Assembly: GCA_965198005.1 (NCBI GenBank)
Contig: CBDAOI010000004.1
Coordinates: 1,056,001-1,120,000, forward strand
Length of the DNA: 64,000 nucleotides
Reading direction: 5' to 3'
Source: Spirochaetia bacterium
GTDB lineage: Bacteria; Spirochaetota; Spirochaetia; SZUA-6; Bin103
Shown here: piece after piece, positions 37,736 through 50,004 of the stretch
Layout of the letters: the number at the start of each line of letters is the position of its first letter
How positions within the stretch are numbered: position 1 is the first letter of the stretch
Position numbers and translations under genes: made by a program
Notes under the pieces: model-generated
What the model was told of the DNA's origin: nothing
What the model saw: the letters and a program-made list of their open reading frames with translations, nothing else
Databases searched by the model: none

Positions 37736-38674
37736 GTGGTGCGGCGGATGGGCCAAAATCGGCGGCCCGGGCAGCGGGTTCTTGGTGCGGGGGACATTCG
37801 CGGAGTGGTCGAGGGTGGTCGGCCGCCCGTCAACTCGTTCGTGTCCCGCCATCGTACGGGAGTCGCTCTGGTCGTCCTGCTGGCGAGTTGCATAGTGATG
37901 TTGAGCTTGTCCCATCGACCGGTAACCGCGGTTCCGGAACGGGCCGGCCGTGCGGTGTTCGCTGCGCTGCAGTCGGTCATGGGCGAGGTCGGGCGGTTCT
38001 TCAGCGGTACCTGGAACTCGATAGCCGAGCTCCGCCGGGCGCGACTGGAGCTTGCCGCCGCGCGTGACCAACTGATCGAGTTCGAGCAGATGTCCGGCGA
38101 GTTGGCCGAGCTGCGGATTCAGAACGCGGAGCTCCGGCGGCAACTCGCGTTCGCGGCTGACACGCGATTCGAGCACCTGTCGGCACAGGTGTTGGCACGC
38201 GGCCCGGGCAACCTGTTCACTACCGTGACCATCAGCCGCGGCCGCCGGCACGGGGTCGCCGCCGGCATGGCGGTCGTGGCGTTGCAGGACGGTCTTCAGG
38301 GACTGGTAGGGCGCGTGGCCGAAGTGGGCGCCGGTACTTCCGTCGTGCTGCCGATCACCGCCCGCTCGTCGTTCGTGGCGGCCCGGCTGCAGGAGTTGCG
38401 CTATGACGGGTTGGTGCTGGGTGCGGGTGACGCCGGGTTGATGATGCGCCACGTCAGCAAGGACGCCGCGTCACAGATCGGGGAAGGCGACCTGGCGATT
38501 ACTTCGGGTATGGGAGGCGTGTTCCCGCGCGGCATTCAGATCGGCCGGGTACGGGAGGTGAACGCGCCGATCTACCAGAACTCGTTGGAGTTGGCGTTGA
38601 CGCCACTGGTGGACCTGTCGCGGCTCGAGTACGTGTTCGTCATCACCACCCCGCATGCCGTCGAGGCGAACTGA
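37736..38674 (+). CDS. mreC: Rod shape-determining protein MreC
   Basis: TM plus coiled coil, GLVGRV, TSGMGGVFPRG; start uncertain. Confidence 0.9.
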   Translation: MVRRMGQNRRPGQRVLGAGDIRGVVEGGRPPVNSFVSRHRTGVALVVLLASCIVMLSLSHRPVTAVPERAGRAVFAALQSVMGEVGRFFSGTWNSIAELRRARLELAAARDQLIEFEQMSGELAELRIQNAELRRQLAFAADTRFEHLSAQVLARGPGNLFTTVTISRGRRHGVAAGMAVVALQDGLQGLVGRVAEVGAGTSVVLPITARSSFVAARLQELRYDGLVLGAGDAGLMMRHVSKDAASQIGEGDLAITSGMGGVFPRGIQIGRVREVNAPIYQNSLELALTPLVDLSRLEYVFVITTPHAVEAN

Positions 38675-38677
38675 ACC

Positions 38678-39193
38678 GTGGTGAGCTATGGCCGCCCGCT
38701 GTTGCTCACTATACTGTTCATGGGTGTCGTGGTGCTGTTGCAGTCCACGGTCATCGGGGTGGTTGCCGTACGCGGCGCGACGCCCGACCTGTTGATGATC
38801 CTCATGATGTTTCTGGCCATCCGGCGCGGCGCCATGAGCGGCCAGCTTGCCGGATTCGCGGGCGGTCTGATGGAGGACTTGGTGAGTCTCGCCCCGCTCG
38901 GCTTCCATGCGTTGGTGCGTACGGTGCTCGGCTTTGGCGGCGGGTTGCTGCACGGCCTGATTCGCATGGACGCGGTGTTGCTGCCGTTCCTCCTGCTGCT
39001 GGGGGCGGTGACGGTAAAGGGGTTGGTCAGCACGCTGTTCGCCTGGCTGTTCGCCATCCATCTCGACAGCAACCTGCTGGACCAGCGGTTCTGGATCCAG
39101 GCCGCCTACACCGCGGTGGTGGCGCCGATCCTGTTCGCGCTGTTGTCGCGGATCAGCGTCCTGCGCCCGGTGAAGCCGGAGGCGAAGCCGTGA
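38678..39193 (+). CDS. mreD: Rod shape-determining protein MreD
   Basis: Hydrophobic, PDL, G...GF.GGL..D. Confidence 0.9.
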   Translation: MVSYGRPLLLTILFMGVVVLLQSTVIGVVAVRGATPDLLMILMMFLAIRRGAMSGQLAGFAGGLMEDLVSLAPLGFHALVRTVLGFGGGLLHGLIRMDAVLLPFLLLLGAVTVKGLVSTLFAWLFAIHLDSNLLDQRFWIQAAYTAVVAPILFALLSRISVLRPVKPEAKP

Positions 39194-41073
39194 TCGCGCA
39201 CGGGCAGGCGATTACCGATCCCGACCCGGAAGAGCAGGAGCTTCTCAAGCGGCGGGCGATCGGGCTGGCGGTGGCGATCGGGGCACTGTTCCTGTTCCTG
39301 GCCGGATATCTGTTTTTTCTGCAGGTAGTGCGCGGTTTCGAGTTCAGGATGCTGGCGGTTGCGATGGCGCGGCGCGAGACGACCATTCCGGCGCCGCGCG
39401 GCGAGATCTTCGATCGGACCTACACCCGGCCGGTGGTGGCCAACCACGACGTTCTGGTGGTCGACCTGATTCCGGGCGAAGTCCCCAAGGAGGAGTTTCC
39501 GGCGTTGATGGTCCGTCTTGCCGCGGCGCTGGATCTGAGCGAGGAAGAGCTCGCACAGCGTGTTCCGCTGCGCATGCGCCATCTGTACCGGGCGATCGAA
39601 CTCAAGCGTGGGGTGGATTTTGCCACCATCGCGGCACTGGCCGAGCGCATCGAGCACTACCCGGGCGTGACGTGGCGCGGCGTGCCCGCGCGCGGCTACG
39701 AGCAACTCGGCTCGCTGGCCCACGTGGTCGGCTACGTTGGCGGAATCAGCCGTGAGGAGCTGCAGGTGCTGTTCAACCAGGGGTACGCCGCCGACAGCAC
39801 CATCGGCAAGAGCGGCGTGGAAAAGCAGTACGAAGCCGTGTTGCGCGGCGTGGACGGTATCAGCCATCGCACGGTGGACGTGCGCGAGCGGGCGGTGTCC
39901 GAGGTCTGGCAGACGGCGGTGGCGCCGCAGCCGGGAGTGGACGTGGTGCTTACCATCGACCGCCGCGTGCAGCGGATAGCGGAGCAGGCGCTCGGACCGC
40001 GGATCGGCTCGGTGGTGGTGCTGCAGCCGAGCACCGGCGCGCTTCTGGCACTGGTCTCCTACCCCTGGTACGACCCCGGAACCTTCACCGGTTCGGGCGG
40101 TGCGGCCGCGTTTCGCGCCGCGGCGCTCGACCCGTCGTTCCCGTTCATCAACCGCGCCATCCGCTCGGTGTATGCCCCGGCGTCGGTGTTCAAGATAGCC
40201 ATGACGGCCGCGGTGGTGGAGGAGGGCACGTTCACTCCGGACCACACCATCAACTGCCGCGGCTCGTTCGCCTACGGCGACCGGATCTTCAAGGACTGGA
40301 TAGAAGAGGGGCACGGCCCGATCGAGCTCGAAGACGCGCTGGCTCAATCCTGTGACGTCTACTACTACAAGGCGGGTGCGGCGCTGGGGATCGAGCGCAT
40401 TGCGCACCACGCGACCGGCTTCGGTCTGGGCCGGGCGACCGGGATCGATCTGCCGGGCGAGGCGGCGGGTTCGGTGCCGACGCCGTCCTGGAAGCGCGCA
40501 AAGTTCAATGCCGGCTGGGTCGGCGGCGACACCATCAACCTGTCAATCGGTCAGGGCTACATCGCGGTGACGCCGCTGCAGATCGCCAACCTGGTGGCGA
40601 TGGTGGCCAACGACGGGGTCATCTACCGTCCCCACGTAGTGAAGGAGACGCGCGACCGCGCTACCGGGGCGATCCTGACCCGCACCGAACCCGAGCCGAT
40701 CCACACTTCCGCTCTGGACGATGCCACGCTGGCGATCGTGCGCCGCGCGTTGCGCGGCGTCGTTACCCGGGGCACGGCGGCGGTCGTGATTACGACCGAC
40801 GCGGTCGAGGTGGCCGGCAAGACCGGGACCGGGGAAATAGGGGTGGAAGACCATTACCACTCCTGGTTCGCTGCCTACGGTCCGTATGCTGCGGCCGATC
40901 CGGCGGAACAGGTAGTGGTCGTGGTGATGGTGGAGGCGGCCAACGAGTGGGAGTGGTGGGCACCGAAGGCGGCCAACCTCATTTTCCATGCGATGTTCGC
41001 GGACCAGACGGTGGCGGAGGCGGTAGCCTATCTGCGGCCGTGGTACGCGGACGGGGTGGTGGGGCTGGAGTGA
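39190..41073 (+). CDS. mrdA: Penicillin-binding protein 2
   Basis: APRGEIFDR, SVFK, SCD, KTGT. Confidence 0.95.
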   Translation: MIAHGQAITDPDPEEQELLKRRAIGLAVAIGALFLFLAGYLFFLQVVRGFEFRMLAVAMARRETTIPAPRGEIFDRTYTRPVVANHDVLVVDLIPGEVPKEEFPALMVRLAAALDLSEEELAQRVPLRMRHLYRAIELKRGVDFATIAALAERIEHYPGVTWRGVPARGYEQLGSLAHVVGYVGGISREELQVLFNQGYAADSTIGKSGVEKQYEAVLRGVDGISHRTVDVRERAVSEVWQTAVAPQPGVDVVLTIDRRVQRIAEQALGPRIGSVVVLQPSTGALLALVSYPWYDPGTFTGSGGAAAFRAAALDPSFPFINRAIRSVYAPASVFKIAMTAAVVEEGTFTPDHTINCRGSFAYGDRIFKDWIEEGHGPIELEDALAQSCDVYYYKAGAALGIERIAHHATGFGLGRATGIDLPGEAAGSVPTPSWKRAKFNAGWVGGDTINLSIGQGYIAVTPLQIANLVAMVANDGVIYRPHVVKETRDRATGAILTRTEPEPIHTSALDDATLAIVRRALRGVVTRGTAAVVITTDAVEVAGKTGTGEIGVEDHYHSWFAAYGPYAAADPAEQVVVVVMVEAANEWEWWAPKAANLIFHAMFADQTVAEAVAYLRPWYADGVVGLE

Positions 41074-42396
41074 AACCCGTGAGCCGGTCGTTCGGCGGTC
41101 GCGGCCGCCTGCGCGCGTTGGATCCGATGCTCCTGATCGTGACCGCGGCGCTGGTGGCGATCGGGGTCGCGTTCGTGTACTCCAGCGGCGTCAACTCGGC
41201 GGGCGTATTGGTGTCCAACGAGTGGATCAAGCAGCTCGTGTGGGCCGGCACCGGCTGGATCCTGCTGCTGGTGTTCGCGATCAACAACCACCAGCGCTAC
41301 AAGTCCGTGACGCCGTACATCTTCATGGCCGCCTTGACCGTGCTGCTGGTTACGGCGCTGGTCGGACGGGAGGTGAACGGCGCCCGGTCGTGGCTGGGAA
41401 TCGGGGAGTTCGGAATCCAGCCGTCGGAGTTCGCCAAGCTGGCGACGATCCTGTTTCTGGCGGCCTACCTGTCGGAGATCGGCAACGGGATCTGCGAGCT
41501 GCCGCGCTTTCTGCTGGCGCTGCTGGTCGTGGCTGCGCCCGTGGGGCTGATCCTGTTGCAGCCTGACGTCGGGACCGCGCTGGTCTACTTCCCCATCTTT
41601 CTGGTCATGGCGCTGGTCGCGGGGGCGCGGGTTCGCCACGTGGTGTTCGTGGCGCTGGCGACACTGCTGACGTTGGTATGCGCCGCGATACCCTCGGTTC
41701 AGCGCCTGTTGATGGACACCGATCCCGGCGTGTGGCGCTTGGTGACCGACCCGGCCGTGGCCCGCTATTCGTTGCTGACCCTGGGCGCGGTCGGCGGCCT
41801 GGCGTTCGTCGGACACCGCGTGTTTCGCGGCACCACCTACTACTACTGGGTGACGTATGGCGTCGCCGTGCTGTTCCTGGGCATAGCCGGCGGTCTGCTG
41901 GTGGCTGCGTCACTCAAGGAGTACCAGATCATGCGGCTGGTCATCTTCATCAATCCATGGGTAGAGCCGCGCGGCGCCGGCTGGAACATCATCCAGTCGG
42001 TGACGGCGGTCGGCGCGGGCGGGTTCACCGGCACCGGCTATCTGGCGGGATCCCAGAGCCACTTGCGTTACCTGCCGCAACAGAGCACCGACTTCATATT
42101 CTCGATTCTGGCCGAGGAGTCCGGGTTTCTGGGTGCGTTGGGCGTGCTGCTGCTGTTCGCCGTGCTGCTCGGCCGCGGCATCGTCATCATGTACTTCGCC
42201 GGCGACCAGTTCGCGACGCTGGTGGCTGCCGGCGTGGTGGCAATGCTGCTCATGCACGTAGTGGTGAACATCGGCATGGCGATGGGCATCCTGCCGATCA
42301 CCGGCATACCGTTGATGCTGCTCTCCTACGGCGGCACCTCGCTGTGGACTGCCCTGATCGGCGTGGGGCTGCTCACCAACGTCGGTATCGCCCGCA

Positions 42397-42410
<14 letters not shown>
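41070..42410 (+). CDS. rodA: SEDS peptidoglycan polymerase RodA
   Basis: IQPSEFAK, LQPDVGT, TDFIFS, PITGIPL..LSYGG. Confidence 0.94.
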
Positions 42411-44244
<1,834 letters not shown>

Positions 44245-44412
44245 TTTCGTCAGTCCTCTTCTCCAGTATCGGTCGGCGGGAAGGGCGAGTGCTGTCCGCG
44301 CATGCGCGTGGCACTATACCGCGCCTGCGGACCTTCGTCTCACCTTCTGTCACCGGGCGACGTTGACGCGCTCGGGAGCAACCCCGTAGGGTGCAGCGTC
44401 CGCACACCTCGA

Positions 44413-45771
44413 ATGACGGCGAACGCAACCAGACAGATCACGGTAATCGGTGCCGGCTACGCCGGCTTGGCCACGGCCTGTGGCCTGGCCGAGTTCGGCC
44501 ACCGCATCATGGTGATGGAGAAGCTCGAGCCGCGCGTGCGCGCCCTCGAGGGCGGCAGTCTGCCGATCTATGAGCCGGGGCTCGAGTGCTACTACGGGCG
44601 CGCGCGCGCGGCCGGCCGGCTGGCGTTCTCGACCGCCCCGGCGGCCGCCTTGGCCGCGGCCGAGCTGGTGTTTCTGGCGGTCGGCACTCCGTCGCTGCCG
44701 GACGGCAGGGTCGATACGTCGCATCTGCTGGCGGCCGTGGACGACTGCGCCCGGCACTGCCGGCCGCGTGCGCTGCTGGTGCTGAAGTCGACCGTCCCGA
44801 TGGGTACCGCGCGCTCGGTTCACCGGCGTCTGGGCGAGCACGGACGGTCCGATATCGCCGTCGTGTCCAATCCCGAGTTCCTCCAGGAAGGGAACGCGAT
44901 GCACCATTTTTTCCATCCCGATAAAGTGGTGATCGGCGCGCGGGACCCCGGTGCGCAAGCGGTCGTGGCTGGACTTTACGACCCGTTGTTCCCCGAGCCG
45001 CGCGCCGCCGAACCGCCGGTGGTGTGCTGCACCTGGGAAACAGCCGAGTTGATCAAGTACGCCAACAACGCCCTGCTGGCCACCAAAGTGGCGTTCATCA
45101 ACGAAGTCGCCGAGCTGTGTGACGCCGGCGGCGCCGACGTGCAGGTCGTGGCGCGTGCAATCGGCATGGACGGCCGGATCAGTCCCCGCTTCCTCGACCC
45201 TGGTCCCGGGTTCGGCGGAAGCTGCTTCCCCAAGGACGTGGCGGCGCTGGTCGCAACGGGGAGGCAGCACGACGTGCCGCTGGCGCTCATCGGACAGGTG
45301 CTGGTCTCCAACCGGCAGCACATGATGACCGTCGTGAGCCGGTTGGCGGCCGAGCTGCAGTCGCTGGCCGGCGCCCGGATCGGCGTCCTGGGGCTGGCGT
45401 TCAAGGCGGGGACCGACGACGTGCGCGAGTCCCCCGCCGTGGCGATCGTCGCGGAGCTGGTCCGCCGCGGGGCCGAGGTGCGCGTGTTCGATCCCAGGGC
45501 CATGGCGACTGTGCGCGCGGTGCTGGGTGACCGCGTTACCTACAGTCCCGACCCGTTGGCCGCGGCCTCCGGGAGCGACGCCGTGGTGCTGCTCACCGAA
45601 TGGGGCGAGTTCCGCGACCTCGACCTGGCGCGCCTCAGGGAGGTCATGGCGGGGACGTTGCTGCTGGATACCCGGAACCTGCTGGATGCCGGCGCCGCCG
45701 CGGCGCAGGGGCTGACCTATCGTGGGATGGGACGCGGCGCAGACGAGCGTGGCTCGGATCCCGCCGAGTGA
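44413..45771 (+). CDS. ugd: UDP-glucose/GDP-mannose dehydrogenase family protein
   Basis: GAGYAG, KSTVP.GT, SNPEFL, GFGGSCFPKD, DDVRESP. Confidence 0.9.
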   Translation: MTANATRQITVIGAGYAGLATACGLAEFGHRIMVMEKLEPRVRALEGGSLPIYEPGLECYYGRARAAGRLAFSTAPAAALAAAELVFLAVGTPSLPDGRVDTSHLLAAVDDCARHCRPRALLVLKSTVPMGTARSVHRRLGEHGRSDIAVVSNPEFLQEGNAMHHFFHPDKVVIGARDPGAQAVVAGLYDPLFPEPRAAEPPVVCCTWETAELIKYANNALLATKVAFINEVAELCDAGGADVQVVARAIGMDGRISPRFLDPGPGFGGSCFPKDVAALVATGRQHDVPLALIGQVLVSNRQHMMTVVSRLAAELQSLAGARIGVLGLAFKAGTDDVRESPAVAIVAELVRRGAEVRVFDPRAMATVRAVLGDRVTYSPDPLAAASGSDAVVLLTEWGEFRDLDLARLREVMAGTLLLDTRNLLDAGAAAAQGLTYRGMGRGADERGSDPAE

Positions 45772-46640
45772 CTGACCGGCTCGCGCCCGAACACCGCCGC
45801 CAGGGGGCGCCGCTCCCGGGGTCGCTGCTCGCGGGCGCGATGCGGGCCGCCGTGCGGGGTGGGGCCGTGGCGCGGGAGTTGCAGAGCGGCGCGCTGACGG
45901 TGGAGCGCAAGGCGGACCGCACCCTGGTGACCGACGCCGACGTGCAGGCGCAGGAGGCGATCGAAGCGGAGCTGGGCGCGGTTACGCCCGCCATCCCGAT
46001 CGTCAGCGAGGAGGGAAGTATGCCCGGCGTGCGGGTCCGGCGCGGCTGGCCGCGGCTGTGGCTGGTCGACCCGCTCGACGGCACCCGCGACTACGTGGCC
46101 GGCGGCACCGAGTTTTCGGTGAACGTCGCGCTGATCGTGGCGGGCGCCCCCCGCATCGGCGTGGTGTACGTGCCGGTATGGGACGAGCTGTTCTACGGCG
46201 CGGTCGGCTGGGGCGCGTACCGGGTGCGTGGTGCGGGTGCGCCGGCGGCGGGCCTGGAGCCGGGCGCCGGCGAACGGCTGGGCCGGCCGCGCCCGCGCCG
46301 GACGCCGGTAGTCACGGTGAGCCGGACCAACCGCGCGCCCGAGTCGCAGCGCATCATCGACGCGCTGCGGCGCCACTACGGGACGCTGGAGCTGCTGCCG
46401 TTGAGTAGCGCGGCCAAGTTGTGTCTGATCGCGGCCGGCGACGCCGATTACTACCCGCGGTTCGGCCCGACGATGGAGTGGGACACCGCCGCCGGCGACG
46501 CGCTGCTGCGGGCCGTGGGCGGGCGGCTCAGACAGGCGCGCACCGGACGCAGCCTGCGGTACAACAAACGGCACCTGGCCAATCCTCCCTTCATTGCCGC
46601 CGCCGCCGGGCGCAGCTGGCCGCCCGGGGTGATCGGCTGA
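45768..46640 (+). CDS. cysQ: 3'(2'),5'-bisphosphate nucleotidase
   Basis: VTDAD, SEE, VDPLDGT, YPRFGPTMEWDTAAG. Confidence 0.92.
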   Translation: MTDRLAPEHRRQGAPLPGSLLAGAMRAAVRGGAVARELQSGALTVERKADRTLVTDADVQAQEAIEAELGAVTPAIPIVSEEGSMPGVRVRRGWPRLWLVDPLDGTRDYVAGGTEFSVNVALIVAGAPRIGVVYVPVWDELFYGAVGWGAYRVRGAGAPAAGLEPGAGERLGRPRPRRTPVVTVSRTNRAPESQRIIDALRRHYGTLELLPLSSAAKLCLIAAGDADYYPRFGPTMEWDTAAGDALLRAVGGRLRQARTGRSLRYNKRHLANPPFIAAAAGRSWPPGVIG

Positions 46641-46676
46641 GCGGGCGCTGTGCCTTGGCGCACGTCTCGGCGTACG

Positions 46677-47315
46677 TCAGCCGACGCTGAGATGAGTCGA
46701 AGACTCGTCCACGAACGCCCGCCACGCGCCGTACTTGGGGTTGTTCAGGCGCTGCGCGATCGTCGGGTTGGTGTGCGGCTTGGTGGGACGGCGCAGCAGC
46801 CGCATGTTGGCCGCCTGCGGAGTGCGGCCGCCCTTGCGCGAATTGCAGGGCACGCAGGCGGTCACCAGATTGTCCCAGGTGTCACGGCCGCCCAGCGAGC
46901 GCGGTACCACGTGGTCGACCGTAATGTCGGCGTTGGAGACCCGCTTGCCGCAGTAGTGGCACCGGCCGCGGTCGCGGGCATGGATGTTGCGGCGCGTCAG
47001 GCGCACGTCGCGCCGCGGTCCGCCGCCGTACCGCAACAGGCGGATGACGCGCGGCACGGCCAGCACCAGCCGCGGCGTCCGCACCCAGTCGGGCCGCTCG
47101 GGCGCACCCCCCTCGATCGCGGCCCGGGTCGTCCAGACCAGCTCCGAGAGCACGATCCAGGAGTCCAGATCGTAGGCCTGAAACCCGCCCCCGTCGGTGG
47201 TTACGACCTCCGCCGCGTCCCGCACCAGCAGAATGAAGGCGCGGCGCGCGCTGGTGATGCGTACCGCGACGTAGCCGCTGTTGAGCACGAGGACATTCGA
47301 TTCCAGAGATGACAA
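46677..47315 (-). CDS. Stand-alone HNH endonuclease (McrA-like)
   Basis: VLVLN..Y, RD...CHYCG, TVDHVVPRSLGG...W.NLV.AC..CN..KG. Confidence 0.9.
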   Translation of the reverse strand: MSSLESNVLVLNSGYVAVRITSARRAFILLVRDAAEVVTTDGGGFQAYDLDSWIVLSELVWTTRAAIEGGAPERPDWVRTPRLVLAVPRVIRLLRYGGGPRRDVRLTRRNIHARDRGRCHYCGKRVSNADITVDHVVPRSLGGRDTWDNLVTACVPCNSRKGGRTPQAANMRLLRRPTKPHTNPTIAQRLNNPKYGAWRAFVDESSTHLSVG

Positions 47316-47461
47316 GTCGGCCGCGCCCCCGTGCCTGACATATAAGCACGCCCGCCGGGCACCGTCAAGGCAAGCTTGCGAGCCCGATGTACCACCCCAT
47401 GCAAGTGTGATAGGGTGCTAGCCGCCCCGCGGGGCACCACAACTGGTGCGAGGGGAGTCCG

Positions 47462-48640
47462 TTGTTAGCCGAAGGAACCGTAGTCCACAGCCAGCCGACC
47501 CCGGAATGCCTGGGCGGTCGGGTCGCCACCCCGGCCCTCGTCTATGATCAAGGACGGTTGGGGACCCTGGCGGGTGTGGCACGACAGTTCCGCGAGCGAT
47601 TCGGCGTCAACGTGCTGTACGCCGCAAAGGCGTGCGCCTTCTTCGACGTGTTGCGAGCGCTCGCTCCATCGTTGGACGGGTTTGCCGTCAGCTCGTTGTT
47701 CGAGGCACGGATCGTGCACGACCTGTACCCGCACAGCCCGCTACATCTCACCACGCCGGGTCTGCGCGACGACGAAGTCGACGAGCTTGCCGAGATCTGC
47801 AGTTTCGTGGCGTTCAACTCGGAGACCCAGTTGTACCGCTTCGGACCAGCAGTCCATGGCTGCGCCAGCGTGGGGCTCCGGGTCAACACCCGGATCTCCA
47901 ACGTAAGGGACTCCCGCTACGATCCAGCCGGGCGACGCTCCCAGCTCGGCGTTCCCCTGGCCGATCTACCCGAAGTGCTCGCAGCATCGCCGGTCGCCGT
48001 GAACGGGTTGCATTTCCACACCAACGCCGACTCGGAAGACCTGACCGAGCTCGAGGAGAACGTGGAGGCGCTCGCTGCAGCAGTCGTCGGCATCGGTAGC
48101 TTCGACTGGGTGAACTTCGGCGGCGGTTACCTGTTCGAGAACGTCGTGGCGTTTGAGCCACTCGAACGATCCGTTACGCTGGCGAAGCGGTGCCTGGCCA
48201 ACGCAGTCTTCGTCGAGCCTGGCGCGGCACTGGTACGCAGCGCGGGCCACTTGGTTGCGAGCGTCATCGATATCTTCGAGAGGCATGACACTCGAATCGC
48301 CATCCTCGATACGTCCGTCAACCATCTTCCGGAGGTGCTGGAGTTCGGCTATCAGCCTGAAGTCGAGGGAAGTACCGTAGATGGTGATCACGAATACGTT
48401 CTGGCGGGCGGGAGTTGCCTTGCAGGCGATACGTTCGGCAGGTATCGGTTCGATGCCCCACTCTCTATCGGAACGACCATCACCTTCATCGAGGCGGGGG
48501 CGTATGCGCAGGCCAAGTCCCATCGGTTCAATGGAATCAACCTGCCCGCGGTGTGGATCGCTTCCCCGGACGGAAGCCTCACCGAGCGCCAGATGCTCGA
48601 CTATGCAAGCTACCTGGAGCACTGGATGCCCAATGCCTGA
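47462..48640 (+). CDS. PLP-dependent fold-III decarboxylase, carboxynorspermidine decarboxylase (NspC)-like
   Basis: YAAKAC (PLP Lys), GLHFH, NFGGG, EPG, D.SVNH.PE, CLAGD, GAY, FNGINLP; GAGGGGAG RBS before TTG. Confidence 0.8.
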   Translation: MLAEGTVVHSQPTPECLGGRVATPALVYDQGRLGTLAGVARQFRERFGVNVLYAAKACAFFDVLRALAPSLDGFAVSSLFEARIVHDLYPHSPLHLTTPGLRDDEVDELAEICSFVAFNSETQLYRFGPAVHGCASVGLRVNTRISNVRDSRYDPAGRRSQLGVPLADLPEVLAASPVAVNGLHFHTNADSEDLTELEENVEALAAAVVGIGSFDWVNFGGGYLFENVVAFEPLERSVTLAKRCLANAVFVEPGAALVRSAGHLVASVIDIFERHDTRIAILDTSVNHLPEVLEFGYQPEVEGSTVDGDHEYVLAGGSCLAGDTFGRYRFDAPLSIGTTITFIEAGAYAQAKSHRFNGINLPAVWIASPDGSLTERQMLDYASYLEHWMPNA

Positions 48641-50004
48641 CGACGTGAGACAACGATCCATCGAGATAACGGTAGACTTGGCGGATCCGGATATGATCGG
48701 ACAGGTACGCGCGGCCGTCGAACGTCAGATTGGCCCGTCCGAGACACCGATCCGGTTTGCCGTGACCAGGTCTGACGGCGACCGTTGGACGTGCGAGCTG
48801 GCGACGCTGACCGGAGAAGTTCGCGGCCCCGGAATCTTCGATTTCCATGCCCGTTCACATGAGGACGCCGACCGGTTCAACCTGGTCATGTTGGTGCCGA
48901 CCGGCATCGGCGCGACCGTCGGCGGCCACGCCGGAGACGCCACCCCCGCCGCCACCCTCTTGGCGAGCGTCTGCGACACCCTGATCACTCATCCGAACGT
49001 GCTCAACGCATCGGATATCATACATATCCCTCCGAACGCGTTGTACGTCGAGGGGAGCTTGATCACGCAGCTCATGATGGGTGCCGTGGGACTTCGCCGC
49101 AGGCGCAACAACCGTCTGCTGGTGCTGGTTCAGGCCCATGAAGATGAGATGTTCACGAACGCGGCCATCAACAGCGTCAACGCCGCCCGCGCGTCGTACG
49201 GTCTGCAGGCGAGCGTAGCGGTTCTCGATCCCCGATTCCGCATGATCTCGGAGTACACGCCCAGCGGTGCCGCCGCGGGCAGGATCGAGGGTATCGAGTA
49301 CGTCCACGACCTGCTCGACACTCGGCGGGGTGAGTTCGATGCCGTCGCAATCACCAGCGTGATTGATCTTCCATTGGAACTGCACGAAAACTACTACCGG
49401 CTTGTGGACGAAGTAGTGAACCCGTGGGGCGGGGTCGAGGCTCTGCTCACGCACGCGGTCTCGTTACGGTACGGAATTCCTGCCGCGCACGCGCCGATGC
49501 TCGAGTCGAGGGCGGTGGCCGAGACCGACTTCGGCGTAGTCGATCCGCGCACCGCCGCCGAGGTCATCTCGCTCGCTTTCCTGCAGTGCGTCTTGCGCGG
49601 CCTCCGGACGAGCCCGGCAATCGCTCCCGCTGCCCACGGCCCCGGCGCGGGCGGCATCCAGTCGGCGAACATCTCGTGCCTGGTCATACCGGATGGCTGT
49701 ATCGGCCTCCCCACCCTGGCCGCGCTGCACAACGGGATTCCCGTAGATCGCCGTGCGCGGCAACACCAATCGCATGCGCAACGACCTCGATTCCCTGCCC
49801 TGGCGCCCCCTGCAACTGTTGCGCGTCGAGAACTACCTCGAGGCCGCCGGCGTCGTAGCCGCCCTCAAAGCCGGAATAGACCCCCGCTCAGTCACGCGGC
49901 CACTTGAGCCAGCTTCGGTTGAACGGCTGGCCGATTCTGATCGCGAGAAGGCTTCGGCTGCCGCTACTGATCTTAGTCCTGAGACCGGCGGTAATGATGC
50001 CTAG
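48633..50004 (+). CDS. DUF3326 family protein with N-terminal extension; +1 frameshift at about 49745
   Basis: VPTGIG..VGGHAGDA.P...CD.LITHPNVLNA, NPWGGVEA..TH, AHAP, DPR.AAE; the C-terminus IAVRGN...NYLEAAG continues in the next frame. Confidence 0.75.

Noticed and set aside
44245-44412. Possible glmS ribozyme upstream of glmS
   Set aside because: The conserved AGCGCC...GACGAGG core could not be found on the minus strand; a cmsearch with the Rfam glmS model would settle it
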